A model generated the notes under the pieces. The model was not told where the DNA came from. It saw only the letters and a list, made by a program, of their open reading frames with translations, and made no database searches. The position numbers and the translations under genes were made by a program. Of a DNA stretch of 64,000 bases, positions 46,607 through 55,636 are shown piece after piece (within the stretch, counting starts at the first letter, position 1; each line of letters begins with the position of its first letter). The stretch is from an uncultured bacterium (GTDB lineage Bacteria > Actinomycetota > Coriobacteriia > Coriobacteriales > Coriobacteriaceae): assembly GCA_958349055.1 (NCBI GenBank), contig CATWBO010000002.1, positions 36,539 to 100,538 of the forward strand, in the 5' to 3' direction.

Positions 46607-47515
46607 ATGGCCGTCGATTTTGGCGGCGTCAAGATGCAGAACCCCATCAACACCGCAGCCGGTACCTTTGGCTACGGTTGGCAGTTCCAGAACTTCTTTG
46701 ATGTTTCCCAACTGGGCGCCATCACCACCAAGGGTTGCGCTGCCGAGCCCTGGCCCGGCAACCCCGCGCCCCGCATGGCCGAGATTCCCGGCGGTATGAT
46801 CAACTCCGTGGGCCTTCAGAACCCCGGCGTGGCCGCCTTTGCCCGCGAGTCCGGTCCGTGGCTTGAACAGCTGTCCAAGGACGGCTGCCAGGTCATCTGT
46901 CAGGTTGCCGGCCACTCCGTTGACGAGTTTGTCCGCGCACTCGAGATGTATGTCGAGCTGTGCCCCTGGGCTGCCGGCTACGAGATCAACGTGAGCTGCC
47001 CTAATATCGCCGCCGGCGGTGCCGCCATGGGCTCCACGCCCGAGGGCGCCTCTTCCGTTATGGCTGCCTGCCGCAAGGTGACCGATAAGCCGCTGTTCGT
47101 AAAGATGGCGCCGGTCAACGTCGCCGAGATCGCCAAGGCCCTCGAGGCTGCCGGTGCCGACGGCCTTTCAGTCATCAACTCCATCCAGGGCATGGCCATC
47201 GACGTCCATACCCGCAAGTCCCGCGTGGCCAAGCCCAAGGGCGGCCTCTCGGGCCCGCTGTGCCACCACATCGCCGTGCGCATGGTCTGGGAGGTCGCCC
47301 AGGCCGTCGATATCCCCATCAATGGTGTCGGCGGTGTCATGACCGGCGAGGATGCGGCTGAGTTTATCCTGGCCGGCGCCACCTGCGTGTCGGTCGGCAT
47401 GGCCAACTTCGTCGATCCGTGTGCTTCGCTTAAGATCGCGCATGAGCTCGAGGCCTGGGCCGAGTCCCAGGGCGTAAAGGACATCAACGAGCTGGTGGGT
47501 GCTTTCGAATGCTAG
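46607..47515 (+). CDS. pyrD: Dihydroorotate dehydrogenase B catalytic subunit
   Basis: VKMQNPINTAAGTFGYG, INSVGLQNPG, NVSCPN and GGLSGP. Start is ATG46607, or GTG46592 overlapping the pyrK stop. Confidence 0.93.
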   Translation: MAVDFGGVKMQNPINTAAGTFGYGWQFQNFFDVSQLGAITTKGCAAEPWPGNPAPRMAEIPGGMINSVGLQNPGVAAFARESGPWLEQLSKDGCQVICQVAGHSVDEFVRALEMYVELCPWAAGYEINVSCPNIAAGGAAMGSTPEGASSVMAACRKVTDKPLFVKMAPVNVAEIAKALEAAGADGLSVINSIQGMAIDVHTRKSRVAKPKGGLSGPLCHHIAVRMVWEVAQAVDIPINGVGGVMTGEDAAEFILAGATCVSVGMANFVDPCASLKIAHELEAWAESQGVKDINELVGAFEC

Positions 47516-48225
47516 AGAATGATGCCCGCGACCGTGTTATCGTCGCCCTCGACTGCGACCGTGAGCGCGCGCTCGAGCTCGCCCACGAGCTTTCGGGCCA
47601 TGCCGCCTGGCTCAAGGTTGGCATGACGCTCTATTACGCTGAGGGTCCCCAGATCGTCAAGACCTTTAAGGACCTTGGCTTTAAGGTCTTCCTCGACCTT
47701 AAGTTCCATGACATTCCGCATCAGGTGCGCGGCGCTGCCCGCTCGGCCTCGCTTGCCGGTGCCGACCTGCTTTCGGTCCACGGCCTGGGCTCGGGCGCTA
47801 TGCTCGCTGCCTGCCGTGAGGGTGCCGAGGAGGCGCGCGAGGACCGCGCCAAGCTCGTCGCCATCACCGTGCTCACGAGCATGAATCAGGATGCCTTGAG
47901 CGAGATCGGCGTCGAGTCGCCCGTGGCCGAGGAGGCCGCCCGCTTGGCAAAGCTCGCTCAGGCCAACGGCATCGATGGCATCGTGTGCTCGCCGATGGAG
48001 GCTCACGACATGCGTGAACTGCTGGGTCCTGATGCCCTGATCGTGACTCCGGGTGTGCGTCCGGTGGGTGCCGCCCTTGGTGACCAGTCCCGCGTGGCGA
48101 CGCCTTCTCAGGCTATCGAGCGTGGCGCAAGCCACATTGTGGTGGGCCGTCCCATCACCGGTGCCGACGATCCGGTTGCTGCCTTTGACGCCATCGTCGC
48201 CGAGCTGGTCGAAAACGTCGCGTAA
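47509..48225 (+). CDS. pyrF: Orotidine 5'-phosphate decarboxylase
   Basis: VIVALD, FLDLKFHDIPHQV and IVVGRPIT. Overlaps the pyrD 3' end by 7 nt. Confidence 0.94.
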   Translation: MLENDARDRVIVALDCDRERALELAHELSGHAAWLKVGMTLYYAEGPQIVKTFKDLGFKVFLDLKFHDIPHQVRGAARSASLAGADLLSVHGLGSGAMLAACREGAEEAREDRAKLVAITVLTSMNQDALSEIGVESPVAEEAARLAKLAQANGIDGIVCSPMEAHDMRELLGPDALIVTPGVRPVGAALGDQSRVATPSQAIERGASHIVVGRPITGADDPVAAFDAIVAELVENVA

Positions 48226-48270
48226 AAGATTCCCCTAAGTCACCACTTTTGGGTCTCATTAGCACAAAAT

Positions 48271-48328
48271 AGCCCCTGTGCCTGCGTAAACTTTCCCATC
48301 CTTTGTGTGGAATCGCAGGTCAGGGGCT
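48271..48328 (+). terminator. Long imperfect hairpin after pyrF (terminator-like, no clear U-tract)
   Basis: AGCCCCTGTGCCTGCG (48271-48286) pairs with CGCAGGTCAGGGGCT (48314-48328) around a 27-nt loop. Lies 46 nt after the pyrF stop. Confidence 0.3.
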
Positions 48329-48464
48329 TAACTTTGGGCGCAGTATATTGCACTTTTTGCGGGTATCGTCTAACCTATGGAGCCGCGATTAGGCATTTTG
48401 TACGTTCTACGTGCTAAAATGCCAATTATTGAATCAGATATAACCCAACTATTTGGAGGTACGA

Positions 48465-48773
48465 ATGGCACTCCCTCAGCTTACCGACGAGCAGCGCAAG
48501 CAGGCTCTTGAGAAGGCTGCTGCCGCACGTCACGCCCGCGCTGAGCTTCGCGAGCAGATCAAGAAGGGCGAGAAGTCCCTCGAGTCCGTGCTCAACTCCG
48601 ATGACCCCATCGCTTCCCGCATGAAGGTTTCCACTCTCATCGAGTCTCTCCCCGGTTATGGCAAGGCCAAGGCCGCCAAGATCATGGAGGAGCTCGGTAT
48701 CTCCGCTACTCGTCGCGTCCAGGGCCTCGGCGTCCGTCAGCGCGAGCAGCTCCTCGAGCAGCTGACCAAATAA
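48465..48773 (+). CDS. mihF: Actinobacterial integration host factor mIHF
   Basis: MALPQLTDEQRKQALEKAAAARHARAELREQIK...MKVSTLIESLPGYGKAKAAKIMEELGI closely parallels mycobacterial mIHF. ATG48465 follows GGAGGT. Confidence 0.9.
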   Translation: MALPQLTDEQRKQALEKAAAARHARAELREQIKKGEKSLESVLNSDDPIASRMKVSTLIESLPGYGKAKAAKIMEELGISATRRVQGLGVRQREQLLEQLTK

Positions 48774-49343
48774 GTGAGCGCTCAGGATTCCAAGCTCTTT
48801 GTGATTTCTGGACCGTCAGGCGCAGGCAAGGGTACGCTCGTCACTCGTGTGCGCGAGCGCCGCTCGAACCTGGGCCTGACGGTTTCGGCTACCACGCGAG
48901 CACCACGCAAAGGTGAGGTCGACGGCGTCAACTACTTTTTTCTGACGCGCGAGGAGTTCGACCGCCGCGTGGCAAACGGTGAGTTTGTTGAGTGGGCCGA
49001 GGTCCACGGTAACTGCTACGGCACGTTGGTGAGCGAGGTCACATCCAAGCTCGCCTCGGGCGCGTCTCTGATTTTGGAGATCGATGTCCAGGGCGCTCTG
49101 CAGGTGAAGGAGCGTTTCCCCGAGGCCGTGCTGATCTTTATCAAGCCGCCTTCGCTTGAGGTGCTCCGCGAGCGTCTAGTCGGTCGCGGTACCGAGACGC
49201 CTGAGACGATTGAGCTGCGTATGGCAAACGCCGCCGATGAGCTTGCCCTTGCCGACCGCTACGACGACGTCGTGGTGAATGACGATCTCGACCGCGCGAC
49301 CGATGAGCTCGTTCGCGTTCTCGATATGCATGAAAGGATCTGA
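48774..49343 (+). CDS. gmk: Guanylate kinase
   Basis: P-loop ISGPSGAGKGTL, TTRAPRKGEVDGVNYFF. GTG start directly after the mihF stop. Confidence 0.94.
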   Translation: MSAQDSKLFVISGPSGAGKGTLVTRVRERRSNLGLTVSATTRAPRKGEVDGVNYFFLTREEFDRRVANGEFVEWAEVHGNCYGTLVSEVTSKLASGASLILEIDVQGALQVKERFPEAVLIFIKPPSLEVLRERLVGRGTETPETIELRMANAADELALADRYDDVVVNDDLDRATDELVRVLDMHERI

Positions 49344-49348
49344 GGTCC

Positions 49349-49630
49349 GTGTCCGTTGTAAAGCCTTGCATTGACGATCTTCTGGAGAAGACCGATCACA
49401 ACCGCTTCCTGCTCGCTTCGCTTGCCTCCAAGCGCGCCTGCGACATCAATAGCATGCTGCGTGGCCAGCACAACCGCGTGCTTGCCGTCCAGGATGTCGA
49501 TGACATCACCATCGGGCTTTCCGGTGCCGATACCATCTCGATGGCTATGGACGAGATTGTCGACGGCGACATCTCTTACGACGAGGCCCGTTACGAGAAG
49601 GCGCTCGGCCACAAGGTTGCTGAAGCCTAA
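49349..49630 (+). CDS. rpoZ: DNA-directed RNA polymerase omega subunit
   Basis: IDDLLEKTDHNRFLLASLASKRACDIN matches the RpoZ N-terminal helix. mihF-gmk-rpoZ order is conserved in Actinomycetota. Confidence 0.85.
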   Translation: MSVVKPCIDDLLEKTDHNRFLLASLASKRACDINSMLRGQHNRVLAVQDVDDITIGLSGADTISMAMDEIVDGDISYDEARYEKALGHKVAEA

Positions 49631-50875
49631 ATGGCAGCTCGCGTCTGCCTGGTCCACTATCACGAGGTTGGACTGAAGGGCAAGAACCGCGCACATTTTG
49701 AGCATATCCTCATGGATAACATCAAGGCGGCCTTGGCCGCCTTTTCCGTGAACGCCGTGTCTCGAATTTCCGGTTATATCCTCGTGACCTTTAACGAGCA
49801 TCAGGCTGACGAGGCGGCGCGTGTCATTCGCACCGTTCCCGGCGTCGCCCGTGTGTCCCTGGCATACCACACCAACCGCGACCCGCAGGAGTACTGCGCC
49901 GCCGCCGTCAAGGCGCTGCGCGAGTTCGGTCCCTTCGATTCGTTTAAGGTGCATGCTAAGCGCTCCAACACCGACTATGAGCTTACCTCCATCGATATCA
50001 ACCGTCAGGTTGGCGAGGTGCTGTGCGAGGCGTTTCCCGATAAAAAGGTCCAGATGTACGACCCCGACGCGATGGTGCATGTGCTGGTGGTCCAGGGCAG
50101 CGTCTATGTGTATGCGCGCTCCGAGCGCGGCGTGGGCGGCCTGCCGGTGGGTTCTGCCGGCAAGGTTGTGACGCTGCTGTCTTCGGGTATCGATTCGCCC
50201 GTGTCGACGTGGATGCTCGCCCGCCGCGGCGCCGTGTGCGTACCGGTGCATTTCTCCGGTCGTCCGCAGACGCCCGATACGAGTGAGTATCTGGTGCAGG
50301 ACATCATCCGTGCCCTTGCGCCGGGAGTCCAGATCGGCCGTCTGTACGTGGTTCCGTTTGGCGACTGCCAGCGCGAGATTTCGGTCACCTGCCCCAGCAA
50401 CCTGCGCGTGATCATGTATCGCCGCATCATGTATTCGGTTGCCGAGCGCATCGCGCATATCGAGGGCGCCAAGGCTATCGTGACCGGTGAGTCGCTTGGC
50501 CAGGTCGCCTCTCAGACGCTCGAGAACATCATGGCTGTCAACGAGGCTGTGAAGATTCCCGTGTTCCGTCCGCTCATCGGCTCGGACAAGCAGGAGATCA
50601 TTGCGCGTGCCGAGGAAATCGGTACATTCGACATCTCGACCGAGGCCGCGCCCGACTGTTGCACGCTCTTTATGCCGCGCCGTCCCGAGACGCACGCCAA
50701 GCTCGATGCCGTTCATGAGGCCTGGGAGCTGTTCGATCACGAGGAGATGATTGAGCGCTTGCTCAAGCAGACCGAGTACATCGACTTTGAGAGCAACACG
50801 TATAAGGCTCCTAAGACCTTAAAACGCAAACATTCGGAGCTCGCTCCGCGTGAGATTTATCAAGATCACGACTAG
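49631..50875 (+). CDS. thiI: tRNA 4-thiouridine(8) synthase ThiI (THUMP + PP-loop, no rhodanese domain)
   Basis: YHEVGLKGKNR, THUMP region, PP-loop LLSSGIDSPV and CCTLF. Confidence 0.9.
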   Translation: MAARVCLVHYHEVGLKGKNRAHFEHILMDNIKAALAAFSVNAVSRISGYILVTFNEHQADEAARVIRTVPGVARVSLAYHTNRDPQEYCAAAVKALREFGPFDSFKVHAKRSNTDYELTSIDINRQVGEVLCEAFPDKKVQMYDPDAMVHVLVVQGSVYVYARSERGVGGLPVGSAGKVVTLLSSGIDSPVSTWMLARRGAVCVPVHFSGRPQTPDTSEYLVQDIIRALAPGVQIGRLYVVPFGDCQREISVTCPSNLRVIMYRRIMYSVAERIAHIEGAKAIVTGESLGQVASQTLENIMAVNEAVKIPVFRPLIGSDKQEIIARAEEIGTFDISTEAAPDCCTLFMPRRPETHAKLDAVHEAWELFDHEEMIERLLKQTEYIDFESNTYKAPKTLKRKHSELAPREIYQDHD

Positions 50876-50883
50876 TCCCTGCA

Positions 50884-50916
50884 TAAACCGACGATACGTT
50901 TGTATCGTCGGTTTTT
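50884..50916 (+). terminator. Terminator of thiI
   Basis: AAACCGACGATAC, loop gttt, GTATCGTCGGTTT, then TTT. Confidence 0.8.
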
Positions 50917-50992
50917 TGTTATCTGGGTAAACAATGTCAAAATGTTCATTCGCTGACGTGTGACTGAATAAATGGACATGTTTGCGCAAGGT

Positions 50993-51012
50993 TTTGGTCA
51001 GCTTTTGGTTTG
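50993..51012 (+). promoter_or_regulatory. 20-nt box TTTGGTCAGCTTTTGGTTTG upstream of comEA-comEC (copy 2 of 2)
   Basis: Exact copy of 21592-21611. Lies 77 nt upstream of the comEA ATG. Followed by CCGTCAAAA and a third TGGTTTG at 51024-51030. Confidence 0.55.
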
Positions 51013-51088
51013 ACCGTCAAAACTGGTTTGCCCGAGCGGTTCGCTCGGCTGCGATTTCCTGACACGATGGTGTTGGGAGGTTTTTGCT

Positions 51089-51799
51089 ATGGCGCAGCGC
51101 GAACAACACGAACGGGTCAAGCGAATGGACCGCTGGGCGGGCAAGTTGCTCGGGCATAAGGCAGTAGTCGTGGCGATGCTCGTCGTCATTGCGATGGCGA
51201 GCGGCTTGGCGATGGCGAGCTTTGGTGACCGCTCCGGCAATGTTTCGTTTGGGCGCGTTGAGGACTCGGGTCCATCGGCGGAGCCGGGGTCCGGCGATCT
51301 TTCGGACGATGCATCCGATGGGTCTTCGTCTAAGGCGTCTGCCGAAACGGAGGTGTACGTCGATGTAGATGGTGCCGTTGCATCCCCGGGCGTGTACCGG
51401 CTTCAAGATGGAGCGCGGGTATCCCAGGCGATTGATGCTGCCGGAGGGCTAACGGCAGAGGCGGATGTGACGGGGCTTAACCGTGCTTCGAAAGTCACGG
51501 ATGGACAAAAGATCTATGTGCCGACAGTGGGGGAGCAGCAGGCGGCTTTGGCGGCTGGCGGGGCCGATGGCGGCGCCGCTGCGGCATCGGGCAGGGGCGC
51601 TTCGTCGGGGCTTGTGAACATCAATACGGCAAGTGCGGCAGAATTGCAGACGCTTTCGGGCATCGGTCCCTCTATGGCCCAGTCGATTATCGACGAGCGG
51701 ACCCAAAACGGCGCTTTTGCCTCGGTCGACGACCTGATGCGTGTGTCGGGAATCGGCGAGAAGAAACTCGCCAAAATCAAAGATTGCATCTGCGTATGA
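51089..51799 (+). CDS. comEA: DNA receptor ComEA (TM anchor, SLBB-like region, C-terminal helix-hairpin-helix)
   Basis: N-terminal TM segment, KIYVPT, and LVNINTASAAELQTLSGIGPSMAQSIIDERTQNGAFASVDDLMRVSGIGEKKLAKI (HhH x2). Confidence 0.9.
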   Translation: MAQREQHERVKRMDRWAGKLLGHKAVVVAMLVVIAMASGLAMASFGDRSGNVSFGRVEDSGPSAEPGSGDLSDDASDGSSSKASAETEVYVDVDGAVASPGVYRLQDGARVSQAIDAAGGLTAEADVTGLNRASKVTDGQKIYVPTVGEQQAALAAGGADGGAAAASGRGASSGLVNINTASAAELQTLSGIGPSMAQSIIDERTQNGAFASVDDLMRVSGIGEKKLAKIKDCICV

Positions 51800-54099
51800 G
51801 TGCGACCGAGCGTGAGCACGTGATGCCTCCACGGCCATTGTTGCCGTGGACGATGGCCCTTTGTGCCGGCTTGTGTGCGAGTTGCGGCTTGGTGCTTAAC
51901 GTGACGGCTGATGCGCTACTGGGAGAAGGACTGACTTCCGTCACGTTACTCTGGGGCATTCCCGTTGTGGCTGTGGCGTTCGTCGTATTGGCTCGGTCTT
52001 GCATGCGTCTTGTGCGATGGAAGCGATGTCTGTATGCCGCGGCGGTCGGACTCGTGGCGGGAGCGATCGTGTCCGCGGGGTGGGCGATAGGTGCCCTCCG
52101 AGCTTCCAACGCTCTGGATGGACGGGCTGCAAGCAGTCTTGAGTTTGTGGTGCAGGGCGATCCGTCTATCAACGATGATGCGTATTCCTATACCTGTGAC
52201 GCGATCGCGGACGGTTGGCGCGTGGGTGCCGTTCGATTATCGTGCGATCGCGAGCTCAGTGCTGGGTCGCGCGTGCGTGTCATTGGCCGCGTTTCGCGCT
52301 TCGAGAATGATGCGTATGGGCGTTCGCGCGTGCTTCGGGGTGAGCTACGCAAGGTTAAGGCTGTCCGGATTGTGTCGATCGATGGGGGCTCTCCAGGGCC
52401 GTTGCTTCGGCTGCGAAATGAGCTGCTTGCCGCCATTGCTCCCGCGACCGATCCGGCGCGCTCGCTCATTGCCGGCGTTGTCTGCGGACGTTCGTCCGAG
52501 CTGCGCGCCCAGCCGGCGGGCGAATGGTTTTCGGTGACGGGAACGGCGCATCTCATTGCCGTCTCGGGCAGTCATCTTGCCGTCGTAGGGTTTGTGATCG
52601 AGGGCGCCCTGCAAAAGACGCGCTACTCGCGTGGGCTGCAGCGGGCGCTTTTGGCGGTAACGCTTGTGGCCTACGCCGCCTTTACAGGTGCATCACCCTC
52701 GGCTGTTCGTGCGTGCTGCATGGTGTTCGCGACGCTTGTCGCCAACGGTGCCGGGCGTCGTCGGCACGGCCTTTCGGCGCTCTTCGTAACCATGTCCATC
52801 TTTGTGCTACTGCGGCCGACGGTGCTGTTTGAGATGGGCTTTCAGCTTTCATGCGCCAGCGTCTTAGCCATTCTGTGCTTTTGCCCCTATGTGACCTACG
52901 CTTTGGGTGAGCTGGGTGTGCCATCGGGCGTTGCCAGCATGCTTTCCGTCACGCTGTGCTCGCAACTGGCGACACTTCCCATTGCCATTCCTGCCTTCGG
53001 TACGTTCTCGCTCATTGCTCCGCTGGCAAATGCGGTCATCGGTCCGGTGGTGAGCGTACTGCTCGCTGTGTCGATCGTGCTGGCTCCCTTTTCGCTCGTG
53101 GGACCGTTGCGGACTTGGGCGCTCGTTGTGCCCATGATTGCCGCCCGTTGCGCGCTGTTCTTCGAGCAGCTGTTTGCCGCCATGCCGGGTGCATCCGTGA
53201 GCGTGCCGCCCGATAGCATGTGGATTTACCTAGTGCCGTGTTTGCTGGCGGTTCTGCTGGTCTGGTGGCCTCGTCCCCGTGCACGTCCTATGGCGGTGGG
53301 GCTTGCATGTCTGGTGCTCTTGGCTGCGATTCCGTACGTCTATTGGGATCGATTTGCTCCGCCTTCGGTGACGGTGCTCGATGTGGGCCAGGCCGATGCG
53401 ATTCTTATCCGCCAGGGCGGCGCAGTAGCGCTCGTCGACTGTGGGCTCGACGAGCGTGTGGTGGCGGCGTTGGTTCGCAATAACGTGCACCATATCGATG
53501 CCGTCTTTGTGACGCATTGGGATGAGGACCACTGGGGTGGTTTGCCTGCCGTGCTCGAACAGTTTTCGGTCGGAACGATTGGCGTGGCGGCGGATGCGCT
53601 GGAGGATGCCCCTGCCGAGGTACTGAACCGATCTGGCGTGGAGTATCGGCAGGTGCGGCGTGGAGATACCGTTGACATTGGCGCATTTTGCGCCCGCGCG
53701 ATGTGGCCATTCGAGTCCGTGGATGGCGAGGGCAACGAAGACTCGCTTGTCCTGCTGCTCTCCTATGCTCAGGAAGGCAAGGGCCTGCGCATGCTCCTCA
53801 CCGGTGATGCCGAACTCGATCAAGAACGGGAATTCGTGCAGGAGGTGGGGGATATCGATGTCCTTAAGCTTGGGCATCACGGCTCCAAGGTCTCGGTCGA
53901 CGGCGAGCTGCTGGATGTCCTAAGGCCCGAACTCTCCATTGCGAGCGCCGGCGAAGGCAACCGCTATGGTCATCCGTCGGATGCCTGCGTCGATGCCGTG
54001 AGGGAAGCGGGCGGGGCCTTCGCGTGCACGATTGAACACGGCGACATCACTATTACGCCGACCGCGAAGGGCTTTGCCATGCGATGCCAGCGACCATAA
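51796..54099 (+). CDS. comEC: DNA internalisation channel ComEC/Rec2 with metallo-beta-lactamase domain
   Basis: Polytopic competence domain (GTAHLIAVSGSHLAV) plus a C-terminal MBL fold (LDVGQADAILI, VTHWDEDHWGG, KLGHHGS, YGHP). ATG51796 overlaps the comEA stop (ATGA). The ORF-track TTG51784 is an alternative. Confidence 0.92.
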   Translation: MSATEREHVMPPRPLLPWTMALCAGLCASCGLVLNVTADALLGEGLTSVTLLWGIPVVAVAFVVLARSCMRLVRWKRCLYAAAVGLVAGAIVSAGWAIGALRASNALDGRAASSLEFVVQGDPSINDDAYSYTCDAIADGWRVGAVRLSCDRELSAGSRVRVIGRVSRFENDAYGRSRVLRGELRKVKAVRIVSIDGGSPGPLLRLRNELLAAIAPATDPARSLIAGVVCGRSSELRAQPAGEWFSVTGTAHLIAVSGSHLAVVGFVIEGALQKTRYSRGLQRALLAVTLVAYAAFTGASPSAVRACCMVFATLVANGAGRRRHGLSALFVTMSIFVLLRPTVLFEMGFQLSCASVLAILCFCPYVTYALGELGVPSGVASMLSVTLCSQLATLPIAIPAFGTFSLIAPLANAVIGPVVSVLLAVSIVLAPFSLVGPLRTWALVVPMIAARCALFFEQLFAAMPGASVSVPPDSMWIYLVPCLLAVLLVWWPRPRARPMAVGLACLVLLAAIPYVYWDRFAPPSVTVLDVGQADAILIRQGGAVALVDCGLDERVVAALVRNNVHHIDAVFVTHWDEDHWGGLPAVLEQFSVGTIGVAADALEDAPAEVLNRSGVEYRQVRRGDTVDIGAFCARAMWPFESVDGEGNEDSLVLLLSYAQEGKGLRMLLTGDAELDQEREFVQEVGDIDVLKLGHHGSKVSVDGELLDVLRPELSIASAGEGNRYGHPSDACVDAVREAGGAFACTIEHGDITITPTAKGFAMRCQRP

Positions 54100-54177
54100 C
54101 GACGTCGTTGGCGCACCATAGGTCCCTGGGCTAGAATGACACGGTACGAACACGAGGGCCTGTGAGAGGGGAGCGCG

Positions 54178-55140
54178 ATGTCTGAAAACGGTCTGCTGCC
54201 GGCATATCTGATCGTCGGTACCGACGGAGTCAAGCGCGACCACGCCGTCTCGCGTATGAAGGCTCGCTTGGAAAAGTCGGGCATGGTCGAGTTCAACCTC
54301 GACGAGCGCGACATGTCCAAGGACCCCGATATCGAGTCGATCATCGGCTCGCTCAATACTTTTCCCATGGGTAGCGAGTTTCGTCTGGTAATCCTCGACG
54401 GCTGCTCAAAGCTCGCCAAGTCGGTTTCAGAGCCGCTCGTCGAATACCTCGCAAGTCCCAGTCCTACGACGGTCTGCCTCATCATCGCCGACTCACTTGC
54501 CAAGAACACTCGCCTGTATAAGGCGATCGCCAAGATCGACAAGAAGGCCGTCATCGATTGCTCGGGCACCAAGCGCTGGGAGCTGCCGCGCCGCGTGCAG
54601 CAGATGGCGACGCAGCACGGCAAGTCTATCTCCACGGCTGCTGCCGAGGAGCTCGTCTCGCGCTCGGGCGAAAACACCCGTATGCTCGATAACGACCTGG
54701 CAAAGCTCGCCCAGATGGTCGAGGCGCCCCAGATTGAGCTTGCCGATGTGGAGCGTTGGATCGTGCGTACGGCCGAGGTTCAGCCCTGGGACTTCCTCAA
54801 CGCCGTCTCGGCCCGCGACATGCGCCGTTCGCTCGAGCTCTTTAAACTGCTGCCCTCCAAGAGCTACGTGTGGACCTACACGCTGCTGTGCGGGCGCATC
54901 CGCGAGCTGATCGTCGCCAAGGCGCTCGATGCGCGCGGACAGGGGCGTGAGCTTGCCGCAACGCTCAAACTCCAGTCCTGGCAGGTCAAGAACCACCTGA
55001 CCTGGGCGCGCCGGTTTTCGATGGCTGAACTCGTCGCGGCCCTCGAAGGTGCCGTTGATGTGGAGCTCGCGCTCAAGGGCTCGGCCGATTCGGAGACCGC
55101 GCTTTTGCTCTGGATTACGAACATCTTGAGAAAATCGTGA
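54178..55140 (+). CDS. holA: DNA polymerase III delta subunit
   Basis: 320-aa ORF beginning PAYLIVGTDGVKRD, with the expected HolA three-domain length. Sits in the conserved position after comEC. Confidence 0.85.
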   Translation: MSENGLLPAYLIVGTDGVKRDHAVSRMKARLEKSGMVEFNLDERDMSKDPDIESIIGSLNTFPMGSEFRLVILDGCSKLAKSVSEPLVEYLASPSPTTVCLIIADSLAKNTRLYKAIAKIDKKAVIDCSGTKRWELPRRVQQMATQHGKSISTAAAEELVSRSGENTRMLDNDLAKLAQMVEAPQIELADVERWIVRTAEVQPWDFLNAVSARDMRRSLELFKLLPSKSYVWTYTLLCGRIRELIVAKALDARGQGRELAATLKLQSWQVKNHLTWARRFSMAELVAALEGAVDVELALKGSADSETALLLWITNILRKS

Positions 55141-55188
55141 TGATACCTGCCTATTTGACAAATTCGTTCTATCCCTTTGAGGGGGAGC

Positions 55189-55198
55189 GTGCTATAGT
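55189..55198 (+). promoter_or_regulatory. Extended -10 (GTGCTATAGT) for rpsT
   Basis: TGn-TATAGT lies 76 nt upstream of the rpsT GTG. The 10-mer is identical to the one upstream of rpmB. Confidence 0.35.
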
Positions 55199-55208
55199 AG
55201 GCGCTTGC

Positions 55209-55246
55209 ATGACCTCACCGTGTCTCAGAGGTGTCATACATTTTTT
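55209..55246 (+). promoter_or_regulatory. Terminator-like hairpin inside the rpsT 5' leader (candidate attenuator)
   Basis: ATGACCTC (55209-55216) pairs with GAGGTGTCAT (55228-55237, one bulge), followed by ACATTTTTT. Lies between the putative -10 and the RBS AAAGGAA. Confidence 0.35.
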
Positions 55247-55273
55247 GCAAGGAACTCGAAAGGAACTCCAGAA

Positions 55274-55540
55274 GTGGCAAACATCAAGTCTCAGAAGAAG
55301 CGTATCCGCACCAATGAGGCAGCTCGCATGCGTAACAAGGCTGTCAAGTCCGAGCTCAAGACGCTGACCAAGCACGTTCAGTCCGCCGTCGCCGAGGGCG
55401 ACGCCGAGAAGGCCCAGGCTGCCCTCAAGACCGTCACCAAGCGTCTCGACATGGCTGCCGCCAAGCATGTTATCCACAAGAACCAGGCTTCCAACCGCAA
55501 GTCCGGTCTTGCCAAGCTCGTGAACAGCATCAACGCCTAA
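55274..55540 (+). CDS. rpsT: 30S ribosomal protein S20
   Basis: (M)[32 protein letters not shown]55274 follows AAAGGAA. The ORF-track start at 55205 adds non-homologous residues. Confidence 0.93.
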   Translation: MANIKSQKKRIRTNEAARMRNKAVKSELKTLTKHVQSAVAEGDAEKAQAALKTVTKRLDMAAAKHVIHKNQASNRKSGLAKLVNSINA

Positions 55541-55574
55541 GTTGTAAATTTCACACCATACAGATTACGCGCAT

Positions 55575-55611
55575 AAATGGAGCCTGTTTTATGGAACAGG
55601 CTCCATTTTTT
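55575..55611 (+). terminator. Terminator of rpsT
   Basis: AAATGGAGCCTGTT (55575-55588) pairs with AACAGGCTCCATTT (55595-55608), then TTT. Confidence 0.8.
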
Positions 55612-55636
55612 GTACCGCTCGGGTAAGATAGTCCGC

